The notes under the pieces were generated by a model. It did no database searches. It saw only the letters and a list, made by a program, of their open reading frames with translations, and was not told where the DNA came from. Both the position numbers and the translations under genes were made by a program. 64,000 nucleotides of DNA from Rhina ancylostomus (taxonomy: Eukaryota), in NCBI GenBank assembly GCA_030265395.1, contig JARFYF010000001.1, positions 92,538,037 through 92,602,036 on the forward strand, read 5' to 3'. Below, in pieces: positions 12,561-25,989 of this stretch (positions are counted from its first letter, which is position 1; each line of letters begins with the position of its first letter).

Positions 12561-15500
12561 TAGGACCCTAGAAAGGTTGCATAGTGCTGTGGTTTAACAA
12601 GATGCTTTGGGCTGAATCTTAGCTCCAACACAATGCTGGGTTTGCGTCAAGAGATTTGAAACAAAAACAAAACTCAGAAACAAAAATCAAATCCACTCAC
12701 TTTTGGATTTAGAATTGGTTGGATTTAAAGAGGAGGCGGCAACCAAATGCTCCTGGGAATTGTGATTTCAATGGGACTGCCTGCCTTTGTTTTAACAATG
12801 ATTCAGTTGTTGGTGGCTGGCCTTCCTTAACCTCATGAATCAGCAGCTGAAAGAAGCAATGTTGCAAGGGCCTTTACACCATTATTTGTTGACCAGGATG
12901 AGCAGCTTTTCTTCCAAACCTAACATCGACCAAGTGATAACTTCTGCTCCAGTCACTTCCACAATACACCTACCAGCTCTTGTAGGCATCAGCCTCGTGA
13001 AACAGGTTTCCTACCCAAAGTTCTATCTGAAAACTGCTAACTATGGGTGGAAATCCCACTAAAAATATTAAAAGAGCCCTCCAGTTAAAACAGCAAGACA
13101 TTTGGGGTAACGTATTCTTCGGGATCTCTGAACTTCATAACAGGTTCCTCAGAATTCATACAAAAGGCTTAAAAAAAAGATATTTACAAAACTAAACCAG
13201 AATTCAGCTTAAGCAGTTGGATAAAATACTCCTGGTCTTATAGTTGTACGGATCCCACAAGAAATGTTTATGTGAAGTCTTAACAGTTGGCATTAATATT
13301 CAGTTTGGAAGCATCACACAAAAATAAAATGGTTTACTCCACCAGTGGGAATCTCATTTCAATATTGGGAGAAAACTAATTTGGGACCTTCCTGCTTCCA
13401 AGTCATTGAAAAAGACTGGGGAGGGGGAAAAAGGAACAATTGTGTTTTTCATACAAATATATTTCTCAAATATCAACCTTGGAAAATTAGATGATATAAT
13501 CAAGGAACATTTTGGAAACTATGCCAAATATATTAAAAAAATAAAAACAGATGGGGGCTTTCATGTTTTGAGCCAGCTTTCTGCAGAGATCACTCTCTAT
13601 ATTATGAGTCAGTTGTATGTATTTAATTTTCCTCCATCAATTCCAATATCTTTGCCAGAAACTGGAATCTCAGGATNNNNNNNNNNNNNNNNNNNNNNNN
13701 NNNNNNNNNNNNNNNNNNNNNNNNNNNNNNNNNNNNNNNNNNNNNTCCATGCCAACCTTTTCACACAACTACACTAATCCCATTTGCCTGCACAAGATCC
13801 ATTTCCTTCTATGCCTTACCTATTTAAAGGCCTGTAAATGTCTCTTAAAAATTGTCATCACCATTTATGGAAAGTTCTCACCGACTGAACCAATTCACAA
13901 ATGGGATTGCCTGGTATGGCAGGGTGCTCTGAAACAGCAAATTGATTGCACTGATCATTTTCAGGTCCAGAGTGGGCCTCAACAGTCTAACATATGGGCA
14001 GTAGCTGCTGTATCTATATTACACAGAGAAATACACCAGTTATATGCATTATGAGAGAAAAGGGAAGGGTCCATGGCATTGCTTTCTTTGCAAATTTAAG
14101 AACGTATCCAACACTCTGCCAAGCTCAAGGACCCATTATGTACATTTGATTGAAGCAAAAGCAAAAGACCATTGAAGGGCACTGACTAAAAGTTAACATT
14201 TAATAGAAATGCATTATTGAATTTAAAGCTTGTCAGTCTCCAGTCAATCCTTCCCTTATGCTTCTGACCCTCTCTGGTTATCATTTTTCTATCTAATGAT
14301 CCAAGTGAGGACTTGGGCTCGTAAGCCAATTTGTAGGGATCAAGTGACATATGAAATTTGGTGGAAATTCCAGCTCAGACAAAAAGTCAGTGGGGATGCC
14401 AACTATCTCACATTCTAACATTTGCAATCATATTTTACAAAGATTCCTGGGTAGTCTAATGGACTGTCAATAACAAAAAGAGTCCTTAAAAACTGAACAA
14501 AAACAAATTCTGGAAGAACTCAGCCACTCAAGCAGCATTTGTGGAAAGATAACCCAACTAACATTTCAGATGCTGCTTGAGTGGCTTTGAGTTCTTTCAG
14601 CATCTCTGTTTTGTTTCAGATTCCAGTTTTTTGTTTTCCATCCTTGAAAATTGGTCTCATATCCGCCTCCAGGTATAGCTCAACCAATGCAAGACCCAGT
14701 ACATTATTTCTCCGAGTAGTTTCACTCCTCCTGCCTTCAGGTGAACATAAATCAGTTCAGCAAGTGCTGCTTCGCATCAGCACACCATGAAATCCACTTT
14801 GCATTGCTGCAAAGCGGTGGTACGATTGGCTCACAGACAGATGTTAATGCAAATTGATTTCCACAAAATTCATTTCTCACCTCAATTCATGCCATTGTTA
14901 ATCTTGGAACCAAACCAACCCTCACTCGTGCTATCAATTACTCTGTTAGGTGATGAAGGCAATGAAGTAAAGACAAAGGGATGAAATGAGGTGTCAACAG
15001 TTACCAGGACTAAAGGAAATCCATGGAGGGAGGATGTGTCATTCTGGAGATATTGCACATATGTTGGACAGTGTGTAGTTGCAGATTATGGAGAAGTGAC
15101 TGCTTAATCTGGGAGAAACTGTTCACAAACAAATCTCTTTTAAATTTCAAGGATCCTGTAAATTTAACAAGTATGATGAAAATCAAAGAACGGAGTTGAT
15201 GAGCAGCAGGGCATGAAGTGGGGAAGGGAGAAGAGAGAGGATGGAAGAGAAAGAAAGATGGCAAGGATAAAGGAAGGGGTCAAGAATAGCACGAGTTGTG
15301 GAAGAGAGGAGAATGGGGTGGTCTTGTCCTCTTTATTGGATCACGTAGCAGAAATTAATCCAGTTTCATGTGTGCTTGTTTCTGTTAATATTCATGGGTT
15401 ATGTTTGCTCATATTTATCAAATTGTATTCTCTACCATCATAGGCTGTCAGATTGAAGCAGGTTTAAAATTTACTGTTGGCCTTTTACACCTGACATCAG

Positions 15501-15899
15501 TTTAAAAATTAACAATGCACCAAAACACTTGTCAGTCAGGGCTTCTGAACCTGCACGTGAAGATGTTCTTAGATGTGGAATGGAACAATTTTATTCATTC
15601 TGGTCCTTCATTCTGTTTAAACTGTGATTCAAAAAGGGCACAAAATGTCTGTCCTTTGATCCCATTGCAATATCACTTGTCATAACAGTGATAACGATGA
15701 TAAGTGAACAGAAAAGAATACAAAGCCAGCAACTACAAAAATCACAGAAACAATTGTTACATTTTTTTTTAAGATGTTAGTCCTGAAGTTTACTCTCCAG
15801 GCTCAAAGGCAGAAGTCCATTAAGTACCTTCTGAAATAAGTGAACAAATCATCAAGTCATAAATAAGCTCTGCCATATTTTGCCATGTTTAGCTTCAGT

Positions 15900-16220
15900 G
15901 CCTTTCAGTCGATGTCAGTCTTGTGAAGCATTGAGTCTTCAGCTGAGGGAGGGTAGTAAATGGTAATTAGCAAGGCTTCCTTGCCTTGTATAACCTAATG
16001 TCATGACACTACAGTGGGATCTGGTCAATTCTGAGGACTCCCAAGGCTACTGCTTCCTCACTGAAGATCAATGTAGTGCCACCTCTGCTGGGTCGATCTT
16101 ATCTTTAAAACCAGGTGTATTCAGAAAGGTGACACGTGAATCAAGGACAGTGGATGATAGGTATTCATCTGTGAGTATGACTGTGTCAGGCTGCTGCCTG
16201 ACATGTTATTGAGAGCACGA
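15900..16220 (-). mobile_element. LINE AP-endonuclease N-terminal fragment
   Basis: Reverse of gtgagtatgactgtgtcaggctgctgcctgac encodes RQQPDTVILT(D/E), typical of the APE 'PDIIxLTET' motif; gaggactcccaaggc…gccacctctgctggg context fits. Confidence 0.55.
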
Positions 16221-16459
16221 AGAGATCACATAATCAGCAGATCAGATCAAAACAAAACTTTGTCGTCCTGCCATATCCATTCATGAACAATAAAATAACA
16301 ATTTTATTGTTATAAAATTGTAATAACAATTGTAATAATAATTTTATTGTAATAACAACAGACTAACAATAAAAAGATGATCTTTAAATGTTTCCAACCT
16401 CAATGATGGCAAAGCTCAATATGAAATTGCAAAATGCAAAACTGGAGAATTTACAATCA

Positions 16460-16830
16460 ACTTTATCCAGGTGTCTGATCCATCCCAGGATGCTCCTGAA
16501 GACACCACCATCACAGAAGCAAGACCTCAGCTAATTTGATTTTAAGAACTGACCGAGTGCACTGGACACAGTGGAGGTTACGAATCCCAATGCCCCAACT
16601 GTGAACCAGTCGTACTTGCAGCCAAACTTTTCCAGCATAACTGCAAAACTGCCATCTGCACAGTGATATAGAAAATTGCCCTGGTAATGTGCAATAACAA
16701 GCAGAAGTCAAATATGAGCACCAAATCATCCAACTCACAATCATCAACAAAGTGATGAAAAGTTTTTTTTGAAAATGCAATCAAGTGAGAAGTATTCATG
16801 AATAAATTGCTCACAGGCTTAATTTTCATT
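16460..16830 (+). mobile_element. LINE reverse-transcriptase upstream fragment
   Basis: gcagccaaacttttccagcataactgcaaaactgccatct…gaaaattgccc…aagcagaagtcaaat…atcatcaacaaagtgatg, resembling 'LAKLFQxSxxTGIxPxxWKxAxVxPVHKK…NYRPISLLSIISKVME', decayed. Confidence 0.65.
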
Positions 16831-16914
16831 CTGCTAAGACTACTGACCCTCAGATCTTTTAAGGTCCTATTCTAAAAAGGGCTGAATTCCCAGAAATTAG
16901 GTAGGAGTGTTACC

Positions 16915-17460
16915 TGATGACATCAGTACTGTGTACAGTTTTGGTCACCCTGTTATGAGAAAGATGTAGTTAAATTGGAAAGAGTGCAGAAAAGATTTAC
17001 GAGGATGTTGCCAGGACTAGAGGGCCTGAGTTATAGGGAGAGTTTGGCCAGGCTACGTCTTTATTCCTTGGAATGCAGGAGACTGCGGGGCGACCTTGTA
17101 GAAATACTTAAAATTATGAAAAGGCATATATAAAAGGTGGATGGAAACAGTCTTTTCCCCAGGGTAGGAGTCCATAACTGGGTGGGTGAGGGGGAAAAAA
17201 ATTTAAAAGGGGCCCGAGGGACAACTTTTCTTTGTTTACGCAGAGGGTGGTGAGTATATGGAACGAGCTGCCAGAGGAAGTGGCTGAGGCAGGTACAATA
17301 GTATCATCTAAGAAAAAACTGGATCGGTACATGGAATGATGGGGCTTAGAGGGATATGCTCCAAGTGCAGGAAATTCAAACTAGCTGGGTGTGTACCATG
17401 GTCGTTATGGACTGGTTGGGCTGAAGGGCCTGCATCTATGCTGTATTGCTCTATGATTAT
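16915..17460 (+). mobile_element. CR1/HER1 LINE, 3' end of ORF2 plus 3'UTR
   Basis: Encodes YCVQFWSP…KDVVKLERVQKRFTRMLPGLEGLSYRE…LYSLECRRLRGDL; ends gggctgaagggcctg…ctgtattgctctatga. Confidence 0.9.
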
Positions 17461-17464
17461 GAAT

Positions 17465-17765
17465 TGGGGGAAGGAATGGATGTGGGAGGAGAGAAAGGAA
17501 TAAGGGAATGGAGAATAAACAGAGATAGGTAGAAGACAGATAAAAGTGGGGAGAAGATGGAACAAATGGCAGGGGAAAAAAAAGAGAATGGAACAAATAG
17601 GGAATGCAGAGAACAGAAGTTGGAGAATGACTTGCTGTACCTGCATACAAGCCTTTAGCAATTCATGCACTGGATGAGGGGTGGTGGATGGGGAAAGAGT
17701 ATAATGGGGAAGGAAGGGAAACAAATATGAATAAAGCAGTGGTATTGGAAATGGGAGAGAAGACA
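17465..17765. repeat. Purine-rich (G/A) low-complexity tract
   Basis: ggggaaggaatgg…gagaaaggaataagggaatggaga…; almost entirely purines. Confidence 0.7.
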
Positions 17766-17799
17766 AAAAGATAGTTATTTGAAAAAGTAAGAATTACTG

Positions 17800-18470
17800 T
17801 GGATAAAGGGGAACCAGTGGATATTCAACACTTAGATCTCCATAAAGCATCTGACGAAGTTTTGAATCAAAGACTATTGTGAAAAATTACATGGTGTAGA
17901 AGGTAACATATTGGAATGGATAGAAGTTTGGCTGGCAAACAGGAAACAGAGAGTAAGATGTTAATGCAGGGAAGTGGGATTAGACTGATACCTGGAACAG
18001 GGAGGTTGCCTTATCAGGAAACGTTGGGCAGACTAGGCTTGTATCTGTTGAAATTAAAAGCAAGAGGGGACTTGATTGAAAGACATTAGATCCTGAAGAG
18101 TCTCGACAGGTGAATTCTTTTGCTTTAACACAAACCCAAGTACAAACATATGAATTAGGATCAGGAGTAGGCCATTTGGCCTCTCAAGTCTGATCGGACA
18201 TTTAATAAAATCATAGCTGATCTGACTGCAGTCTGGTTAATTCTATTCTACCCCCAGTAACCTTTCATCCACTGGCCCTTATGGGAGGATGTCAAACCAG
18301 GGGTCACTGTTTAAGCATAAAGGGTTGCCATTTATGATATAGATGAGATGCAATTTATTTCCTTAAGGATTGCAGGTCTTTGGAACACTCTTCCTCAAAG
18401 GGTGGTAGAAGCAGAGTTTCTGAATTTTTTTTTGAAAGGTAAAGGTAGTTGCATTCTTGATAAGCAAGCA
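17800..18470 (+). mobile_element. Nested CR1 fragments (RT region and 3' end, with an antisense CR1 tail at about 18145-18270)
   Basis: gataaaggggaaccagtggat…cttagatctccataaagcatctgac (VD…LDFxKAFD), tggatagaagtttggctggcaaacaggaaacagagagt (WIxxWLxxRKQRV). Confidence 0.75.
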
Positions 18471-19054
18471 GGAGAATGAAAAATATTCATTAGTTAACTA
18501 ACTTCCTGATCTGTGTTTTGAACATGGAAAAATACAAGGAATGCAAAAAGTACAAGATAGGTAATCTATAGGTACAATAGAAAGAACAATGTGAGCATTT
18601 CTTGCAAATATCAAGAGACCAAGCAAATCAGCACACTCAGACAGATGAAGGATAATTCAGAGTTGGACCAATGCTGGGTATTACTACATTTACAGTAACT
18701 TACATCTAATTAGAGATGAAGAAAAACACCTGTTTATGATCCATATTCAACTATCAATTCCATACTTAGATCAAAATACTTCCATCACATTAAAAGCTGT
18801 TCAGCTCTCAGTGTTATGGTTAGGCTGTCCAAGGCTCCAGACAGCAACTTAGCTAAGTGCCTCAATACTTCCAGAAAACAAAAAAACAAAAAGAACAATG
18901 ATATGTCTTTTAAAAAAAAATTGGCTCCATTTCCATTTAGTTCCCATCAAAATGATTTTACGTTTCTAAATGTTTATTCGTGTTCTGAACTTAATGTAGT
19001 GCAATGTATTTTCACTCTAGAGCAAAAATACAAATAAAACACCCATTACAAATC

Positions 19055-19380
19055 TACAAGACTTGCTTACACTCGATCCCCAAAGTGTAGAAAAATGTCC
19101 CAAGGCACTTTGCAAGAGTGTTACCAAACTAAATTTGATACCAGACCAGACATGAAAGGAAGGATAAGGGTAGGAAGCTTAAGGATCATCTTAACGGATG
19201 AAAAAGACACAGGACTGGAACAGAGGCTTAGTGAGGAAGAGAAATCTACCTAGAGCTCACTGCCTAGGTAGCTGAAGGTTATATCCAGAAATAAGCGAGA
19301 TTTTAAAATCAGGAATGTGCAAACAGGCTGCATTGAAGAAGTGCTGATACCTTAGAGGACTGTCGAACGTTACAGAGATC
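19055..19380 (-). mobile_element. L2 LINE 3' fragment
   Basis: aagacttgc…aaaatgtcccaaggcactttgca…ccaaactaaatttgatacc…ctaggtagctgaagg; same family as 29260-29560. Confidence 0.55.
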
Positions 19381-19619
19381 TTACAGTTTATGTAGATGCC
19401 AAACCAAGTATACTTGTATTAGTGAATGTGTGGTTCCTTGTGTCTTCTTTGCTCAAGAGCAAGGAAAAGAAGATAGACAAGTTTGTTCAAACTTAATCAT
19501 TCCCTGTACACTTCAGGATTACCAATTCCATGAGAAAGCAAACATTATTTCATTTTGGAAAAAACTTTCCATTTAGTGTTACTAACTAGTTTTGCAACTT
19601 GTGGAAAATGCCAACAACA

Positions 19620-19795
19620 TAACAGAGAGAAACTGCTGAAAGAATTCAGAAGCTTTGGCAAGATCTGTGGAGAGGGAAAGAGTTAATATTGTGGGTTAAC
19701 CATCTTCTATGAAAACTGGATGGCAGATGAAAGCATTAATTTTCTCTCTCCACAGGCGCTACCTGAATTGGCAGTGCTCCCAGCCTTCACTGCTA
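19620..19795. mobile_element. Inverted pair of Penelope-like termini
   Basis: gatctgtggagagggaaagagttaat…attaattttctctctccacaggcgctacctga form inverted arms. Confidence 0.5.
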
Positions 19796-20159
19796 TCATA
19801 AAATTTATTTATTAAAGAGGTCTAATACAATGAAATATCAATTTATAGTTGTAACCAATATAAAATATATCATTATACATCATTGCCTTCCCCCCCCCCT
19901 CTTTTCCACAAGCTTAAAACTGAAGATTATTGACTACAAGAGAACATAATACATTATTTACTAAAATATACAAAATACTGCAGCTGTTGGTCACAGAAAT
20001 AAAAGCAAAAAACAGTTGGAAGTATCAATGCAGAGAGAAACAGCTAAACAGGACTTTATCATTTAATTAGAACTAACATAAATAACTTAACAGAAGTATG
20101 AAGCTTTCAGCTCCAAGGTTAGGATGAACACTCTGGAGTCCATTCTCTTTTTAAAACAT

Positions 20160-20800
20160 TTTTCAAGCTCTGAACATCACTGACTAGTCCATTAATTATT
20201 TCCCATCCTAACTGCCCTTGAGAAAGTGATAGCAAGCCACCTTCTTGAACCTCTGCGAAAATATTTCCATAGTGCTGTCGGATAGGGAGTGCTAGGATTT
20301 AGCTCCAGCAATGGAGGGCCAGCAACTTATTTCCAAATCACAATGGAGTGTAATTAGGAGGGTTTTGCACTTGCTGTTGTTCACACTCACTCACTGCCGC
20401 TCACAAATACTCGCTGCCCTTGCCCTTCTTGGTGGTACTGGTCACACGTTTGGGTAGAGCTGTCAGGGTAACATCAGCAAGTAATTGTGGAGCATTTTGT
20501 AGATGATGTACACTAAAGCCATTGTGCACCAGTGGTTGTGGGAATGACCATAGTGGGTGGTGAATGGGGTGCAGTCAAACAGGTTGCTTTGCTCTAGATG
20601 GGGTCGCACTCTGAGTATTCTTGGAGATGCACTCATCCATGCAAGTGTTCCATCACACTCCAGCTGTGTGCCTAATATTTGGTGGAAAGGCTTTCATGTG
20701 TCTTGAGGTGGGTCAGTCAGTGCAAGATACACAGCTTCTTGTGACCACAATGTTTGTGTGGGTGGTTCACTTTCAGGTTCTGGTCAACAGCAAGTCCCAG
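20160..20800 (-). mobile_element. Non-LTR retrotransposon 3' region (CR1/L2-group family)
   Basis: cccatcctaactgcccttgagaaagtgatagcaagccaccttcttgaacc…gggagtgctaggatttagctccagc…gcactcatccatgcaagt. Confidence 0.7.
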
Positions 20801-20839
20801 GATGTTGGCCAATCCAAACGTATTGCAAAACAATGTTAC

Positions 20840-20980
20840 ATAGAGTCATAGAGTAATATAGCATGGAAACAGACCCTTCGGCCCAATTCATCCATACCGA
20901 CCAAGCTGCCTATCCAAGCTAGTCCCATATCCTTCTAACCTTTCCTATCCATGTACATAACCAAATGTCTTTTAAATGTG
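20840..20980 (-). mobile_element. CR1/HE1 3' tail
   Basis: catagagtcatagag…cagacccttcggccca…tttcctatccatgtac. Confidence 0.7.
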
Positions 20981-21329
20981 CTGACTACTCCAAATAGTTT
21001 CACTTGTTTAAGACTTCTTTTGCATCTACAAGCAGACACCTTCATGAAAAGGAAGAAAATAATCTTTCAAACCTCTATGGACAATCCCAAGGTCTTTACA
21101 ATAGAGCCCAAGTACTTTGAAGGACCAGTGCTATAACATAGGAGATACCAATTTCTGAACAGTGTGGTCTCTTATAAAAAGCAGCATAACAATGATCAGT
21201 TAGTCTGTTTTAATTACATGGGTTGACTACACATTCATTGTGTAAACCTTCATTTACATAGGAATGCTGAAGCAGGTTTGACTATGAGCCCCGTTTGGCA
21301 CATTAGGCAAGCTCCACAAAATCTCAGTG

Positions 21330-21752
21330 CCACATTTCCTAGCGTAACTGTAGGGAGCTGGTCACTGCTGGAGCCAGGAGTCCAGTATTCAGGGTCTTGC
21401 ATTTCTTCAGTGTTGTTCCACAAGATGCTTTATGAAGGCCAGTGCAATCTTTTAAACAGTACCTAAAAATGCTTTTCAGCATTTCATAATTAGTGCCAAA
21501 AATATAAATTTGTTCTATAAGATTGTTCGATAGTGAATTGGAGGGCTGGAACATGCTGAGAAAGCATTTGTAATTTTGCGTGGAATTACTGGTACCTCTC
21601 AGTATAAATACCATCAGGTTCAGATTCTCAGCAATCTTATATTTACTGTCGCACTTCGATGCCTCCTTGTTCATTCTCCAACACTGGACTGTGGCTTCAG
21701 CAGATGAGGGTGAACTTGCTGCAGTTCCCTACAGTTACGCTAGGAAATGTGG
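21330..21752. repeat. Long inverted repeat / palindromic MITE-like element
   Basis: 21330-21360 ccacatttcctagcgtaactgtagggagctg pairs with 21722-21752 at 30 of 31 positions; inner arms 21365-21388 and 21681-21703 also pair. Confidence 0.85.
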
Positions 21753-22519
21753 TGCTAAACATGATTGGCTAATTGTTAGACAATAAACATAATTCAACTT
21801 TTCACAGAATAAATTAGGAAAGAGTGGCCTTGGATTGTCTCAAAGGTCTTTTGCCAATTTATGCTGACAAAGATCTTTTACTCTATCTCAGAGGACTGAC
21901 TTAGAGACCCAAAATAAACTTAGATAATTTAGCAATATTTAAAAAAAATTAAAGCCATTGACAACTTTACTCAAAAACATCACATGCAAGTTAACTAAAT
22001 CATTGATATAAATTTAACAAAAAGGAATAAAAACAAACTTCCTAGGTTCTTTTAACCCTTTAATGGAGGTTGACTGCCTCATTCACATGAATGAGGGCAC
22101 ACGGGATGTATCAGCTTCAGATGGTAAAATGCTGAGCGGCCAGGTTGAAGTGTATAGGACCCTTCAATTCACCATGTTACAGAAATGCCTACAAACTCAG
22201 TGTTGAGTCCAGCAGTGGAGCAAGAGGCAGGTGTGACACATGCACTGCAGCCAACTTACTCCTTTTACATGGAAGCACCGACTAAAAATTAGCATGATGT
22301 AGCTCTTTAATTCTATATCCGCAATGGAACTAGTGTCATGTGTTAACAGTTTCAATGTTGTGACTCATATCACTGAATATTTCCCTACCTCCTTCCTTGT
22401 ATTCCATTCGTAGCACTACCAACAAAGGCTTCCATTGGTCATTCATTTTAAGTCCCAATGATTTATTTGCAAAGTATCAATTTTGATAAAGATTATTTTT
22501 TTTCAACAAGGGTTGCTTA

Positions 22520-22780
22520 TGTTTGATGGGTTGGCAATTGCACTTCTCAGACTAAAGATTGCATATCTTTTGAACTCCCTTCCTCAAAAGACAATGGAAG
22601 CTGTAATTTCCAACTATTTTCAAGGAAGAGGTAAATGGATTCTCAATAAGCAAGGGTTAAAATTACTGGGAATAGTCAGGAAGGCAGAGTTGAGGTTGCA
22701 ATCAGATCAGCCACAATTTTATTGAAAGGCTGAACAAGCTCATGGGGTCAAGGGTTCTACGCTGCTCCTAATTCATGTTC
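22520..22780 (+). mobile_element. CR1 LINE 3' fragment
   Basis: ttttgaactcccttcctcaaaag…ttcaaggaagaggtaaatggattctc…cagatcagccacaattttattgaa. Confidence 0.6.
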
Positions 22781-25700
22781 ATACATTGATGTTAATTAGC
22801 ATTAATTATTCTCATAGCTGGTGTCTCTGATGCACAGGAATGTGTACTGCTGTTTGGTCCCCTCAGTGGCTGCTGACAGTATTACTGCAAATATTACTCA
22901 ACATTAATATTGTTAAGAAAATTCCACATGATTCAAAATGCCGACTTATATAAAACTATTAAAACATACTAATTAAAATGTGCAATTAGGTGATCAGAAG
23001 GTAGGCTTTCAAAATGCATATGGCCATCATTGATCATACCTTTCCTTCCTCATTTACAGCTTTCCCTTCACAAACCAGCAACCTCAACATTGGGAAGAAA
23101 TACAATGGCAGCAAAATAGGTACACAAACCTAAAGGATATGTTTTTATCATGAGTTCATTGCTCGAACTGCAAAATAAATCACACATGCCTTTTCAAAAG
23201 CAGAAGTTTTAAATAGAATTACTCCAAGTACTCAGTATTCTGAGAGAGGTGGAACTGCTAGAATATGCATGGTACGGTAGCGATGAACAAAGATGCTGCA
23301 AACTTGTTTGAAAAGAAATTGCTTTTAATATTACCTTAAATTTGGCTTCATGTTGGCTTACACTTAAATTAGCACAAAGCTTCCATCAGACAGAACACCA
23401 ACACCAAATATTTGAAAAGTGAAACCGAATGCTCATGTGCTTTGAAGTAAAGTCCAAAAACAAGTCCTTGGTGTGGGGTAAAATGGAATACATTTTAAAA
23501 GCTTTGTTGTTTAACAAACTACTTACATGGAAAAGAATCCAAAGTGCTCTTCCACTTGGCTAAACTGGAATCAATAACAGATTACAAAAAAAGACAGACG
23601 TTTATGCTCAATGAAAGGGAGCATTCTTATAAAGTGCTTTGCAGATCAAAAAAGCACCATAAGTTTTGAAACCATGAGATGATATATACTTGTTTTTATT
23701 TCTCTTACAAATAGCTCGAAACACTGATTCTTGCACAGTCTACACTTTTTACTATTTCCTCACGCAGAAAAAAAATGAATCTATTCAAATAGCATTAAAG
23801 TGGTCTGTTTACTTACATCACATTGCTAGAGATAGCTGGTTCCTTTTATCAAAAATATTGCTTTCATCTAGCACCATTGAAGAATTAGTTTTCATTCTCA
23901 AAGCAAATAAATATCATTAAGAGTCAATGAAGTTTATAATTGGGCGAGAGGGTGTGATAATTGATGTGTTAAGTTTTTAATCAAATTGGTAAAACTTCTC
24001 AATCCTTGTAGTTTCTATTATCAATCTAAGTAGTTTACTCCCTTGCTAACAAAGGATGTGCAGTCGTCATCTCATTTTCATATTTAGGTCACCAGTTAAC
24101 ACCAACACTATGTTCTACCCTTCTTCATGATACCATGCAGTCACAATTTTAGGTTCACCTTAAAGCATTGTTCACTTGGTCTTTAAATTTGCCATCTTCC
24201 AATTTCATTTTGCCAGTAGAAATCTTCACAAATAATTCTTATATTATCAGTTCTTTTGCTACTTTCCTCGTAATTCCATTTCAGAACTGTTGCACAGCAC
24301 TGTTTTCTGCGGCGTGATTTTTCATTTTCACCAGAAGAATCACCAAGATTCTAATCAGATTTAGTGACAAATTACAAATTCCTATACAGAGAAAACTAGC
24401 TGAGATCCTGGGTTTTATGTTGCTAAAATGTATTATTGTGAAAAAGATGAGTGAAAGCAATTAAGGTTTGTCTGTGATGCCCTTTGCAGAGGCACAATCC
24501 ACCAAAAGCCTGCCGGACTTTGAACTAAAAGGTAGAAAAAGCAATGTGAAATTATCCATCAGCAAGCTTCAACATCATCCAGATGGCAGATAAAACCAGA
24601 TGAAAAGGAGATTTTCATCCTTCATAATAACTTCCACACTCAATACAAATTAACTACGTTCAACCTCGTCCTTGTGGCAAGTTTGATCCCATTTGCCCAA
24701 TTAACTCCCACCAGTAATCAGATAACTTGGTGGGACTGTGCATGTGCAGACTGAGCATTAAATACAAAAGGCATCAGTGTGCTATGTTTTATGGCATTCC
24801 ACGTTACAGAGGAAAATCGGGGTGTTTAGGTGAGTGAAATAATATTGGTTGAATCTATTTTGTCCACAAAAACCATTGCAGAAATGTGGTGTCAAATAAA
24901 AATTTGTGACTTTTTCCATTATATAGAGGTTTCATCTTACCAGTTATAGTCCACTTAAAAATTTGACATACCCCAAAGTGGTTATTCCAAGCAATAAGAC
25001 AAGCCTTGTCATTTTTAGTGGGTACCTCACAGCGCTTTCATGCCAGAATCTATGTATTGAAGTTCCTGGTTGAACATTTTGCATTACTGCAGGAATAGAC
25101 AGTTGAAGAGACAATAATTCCAAACTGAATCAGAGTTTTATTTGCCTTCATGAAAGTCAAATTCCTCAGGGATAATGAATATCTTCAAGTTAGATTCTTT
25201 GAACATAGCAAAGTTCCTTTGTCTTGAACTTCAATGGAGTTATGAACCTAGTTATTTGAAGCAAGGGAATTTCATACTAATCCATCAAACGATTGCATGC
25301 TAATATTTGTACAGGCTAATCTCAAGGTAAAACAATCCTAATTACAATGCTCTTTTAAATCAGGAGTCTTTGCAGGGTTTGGCAAGGTTATGGTTGCATC
25401 AAACTATTATCATTGAGCCAACTCCCCACCCCCACAAGAAATGGAATTGTGGAAGATGATTAAAAATAAACTGAAACAAATCAAAGCAAGCCAATAACTA
25501 AAAACAAAATCGATTTCATTCAATTAATACATAAATGTACAGCTCATTGTAAACTGACAGTCATCAATTAGAAATCCTGAAATCCAAATAATAAACTAAA
25601 ATGCAACATCGATTGTGGTCTAATTTTCCCACAATTATTCACTCATTAAACCATTACTGAACAAAAACATATTCTTCAAGATAGTTGGAGGCAAAATACT

Positions 25701-25989
25701 AACTTGATTAGAAAAATGCTTGCGTTATTTTGTTACTTTTTGCTTCACTTAAGGAGAGAAAATTGCATATCCGACATAAGTATCTCGGTGACTGTTAAGG
25801 CGGCCAATTTTATTCTTATAGACTTAAGCCTTGATAAAATCCAGAAATTGAAAAATCATATTCTTAAGTTCAATACAGAAACTATATTTCTGATGCTGGA
25901 GGGCATTGTATCTGGAGTTGGTTGAAAAAGAGCGATTCAAACTAATCCCATCTTCTGTTCTAGCATTCGTCACCCTGCAGGTTATGGCT

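Noticed and set aside
17308-17766. 152-aa F/L/P/S-rich ORF
   Set aside because: Translation of a purine-rich low-complexity tract plus a CR1 tail.
24159-24381. Minus-strand exon-like segment with a good acceptor
   Set aside because: Stop codons in all three frames, so it cannot continue the CRIM1-like frame.
24470-24484. 15-mer gtctgtgatgccctt resembling 18S rRNA
   Set aside because: The flanks do not continue the rRNA sequence.
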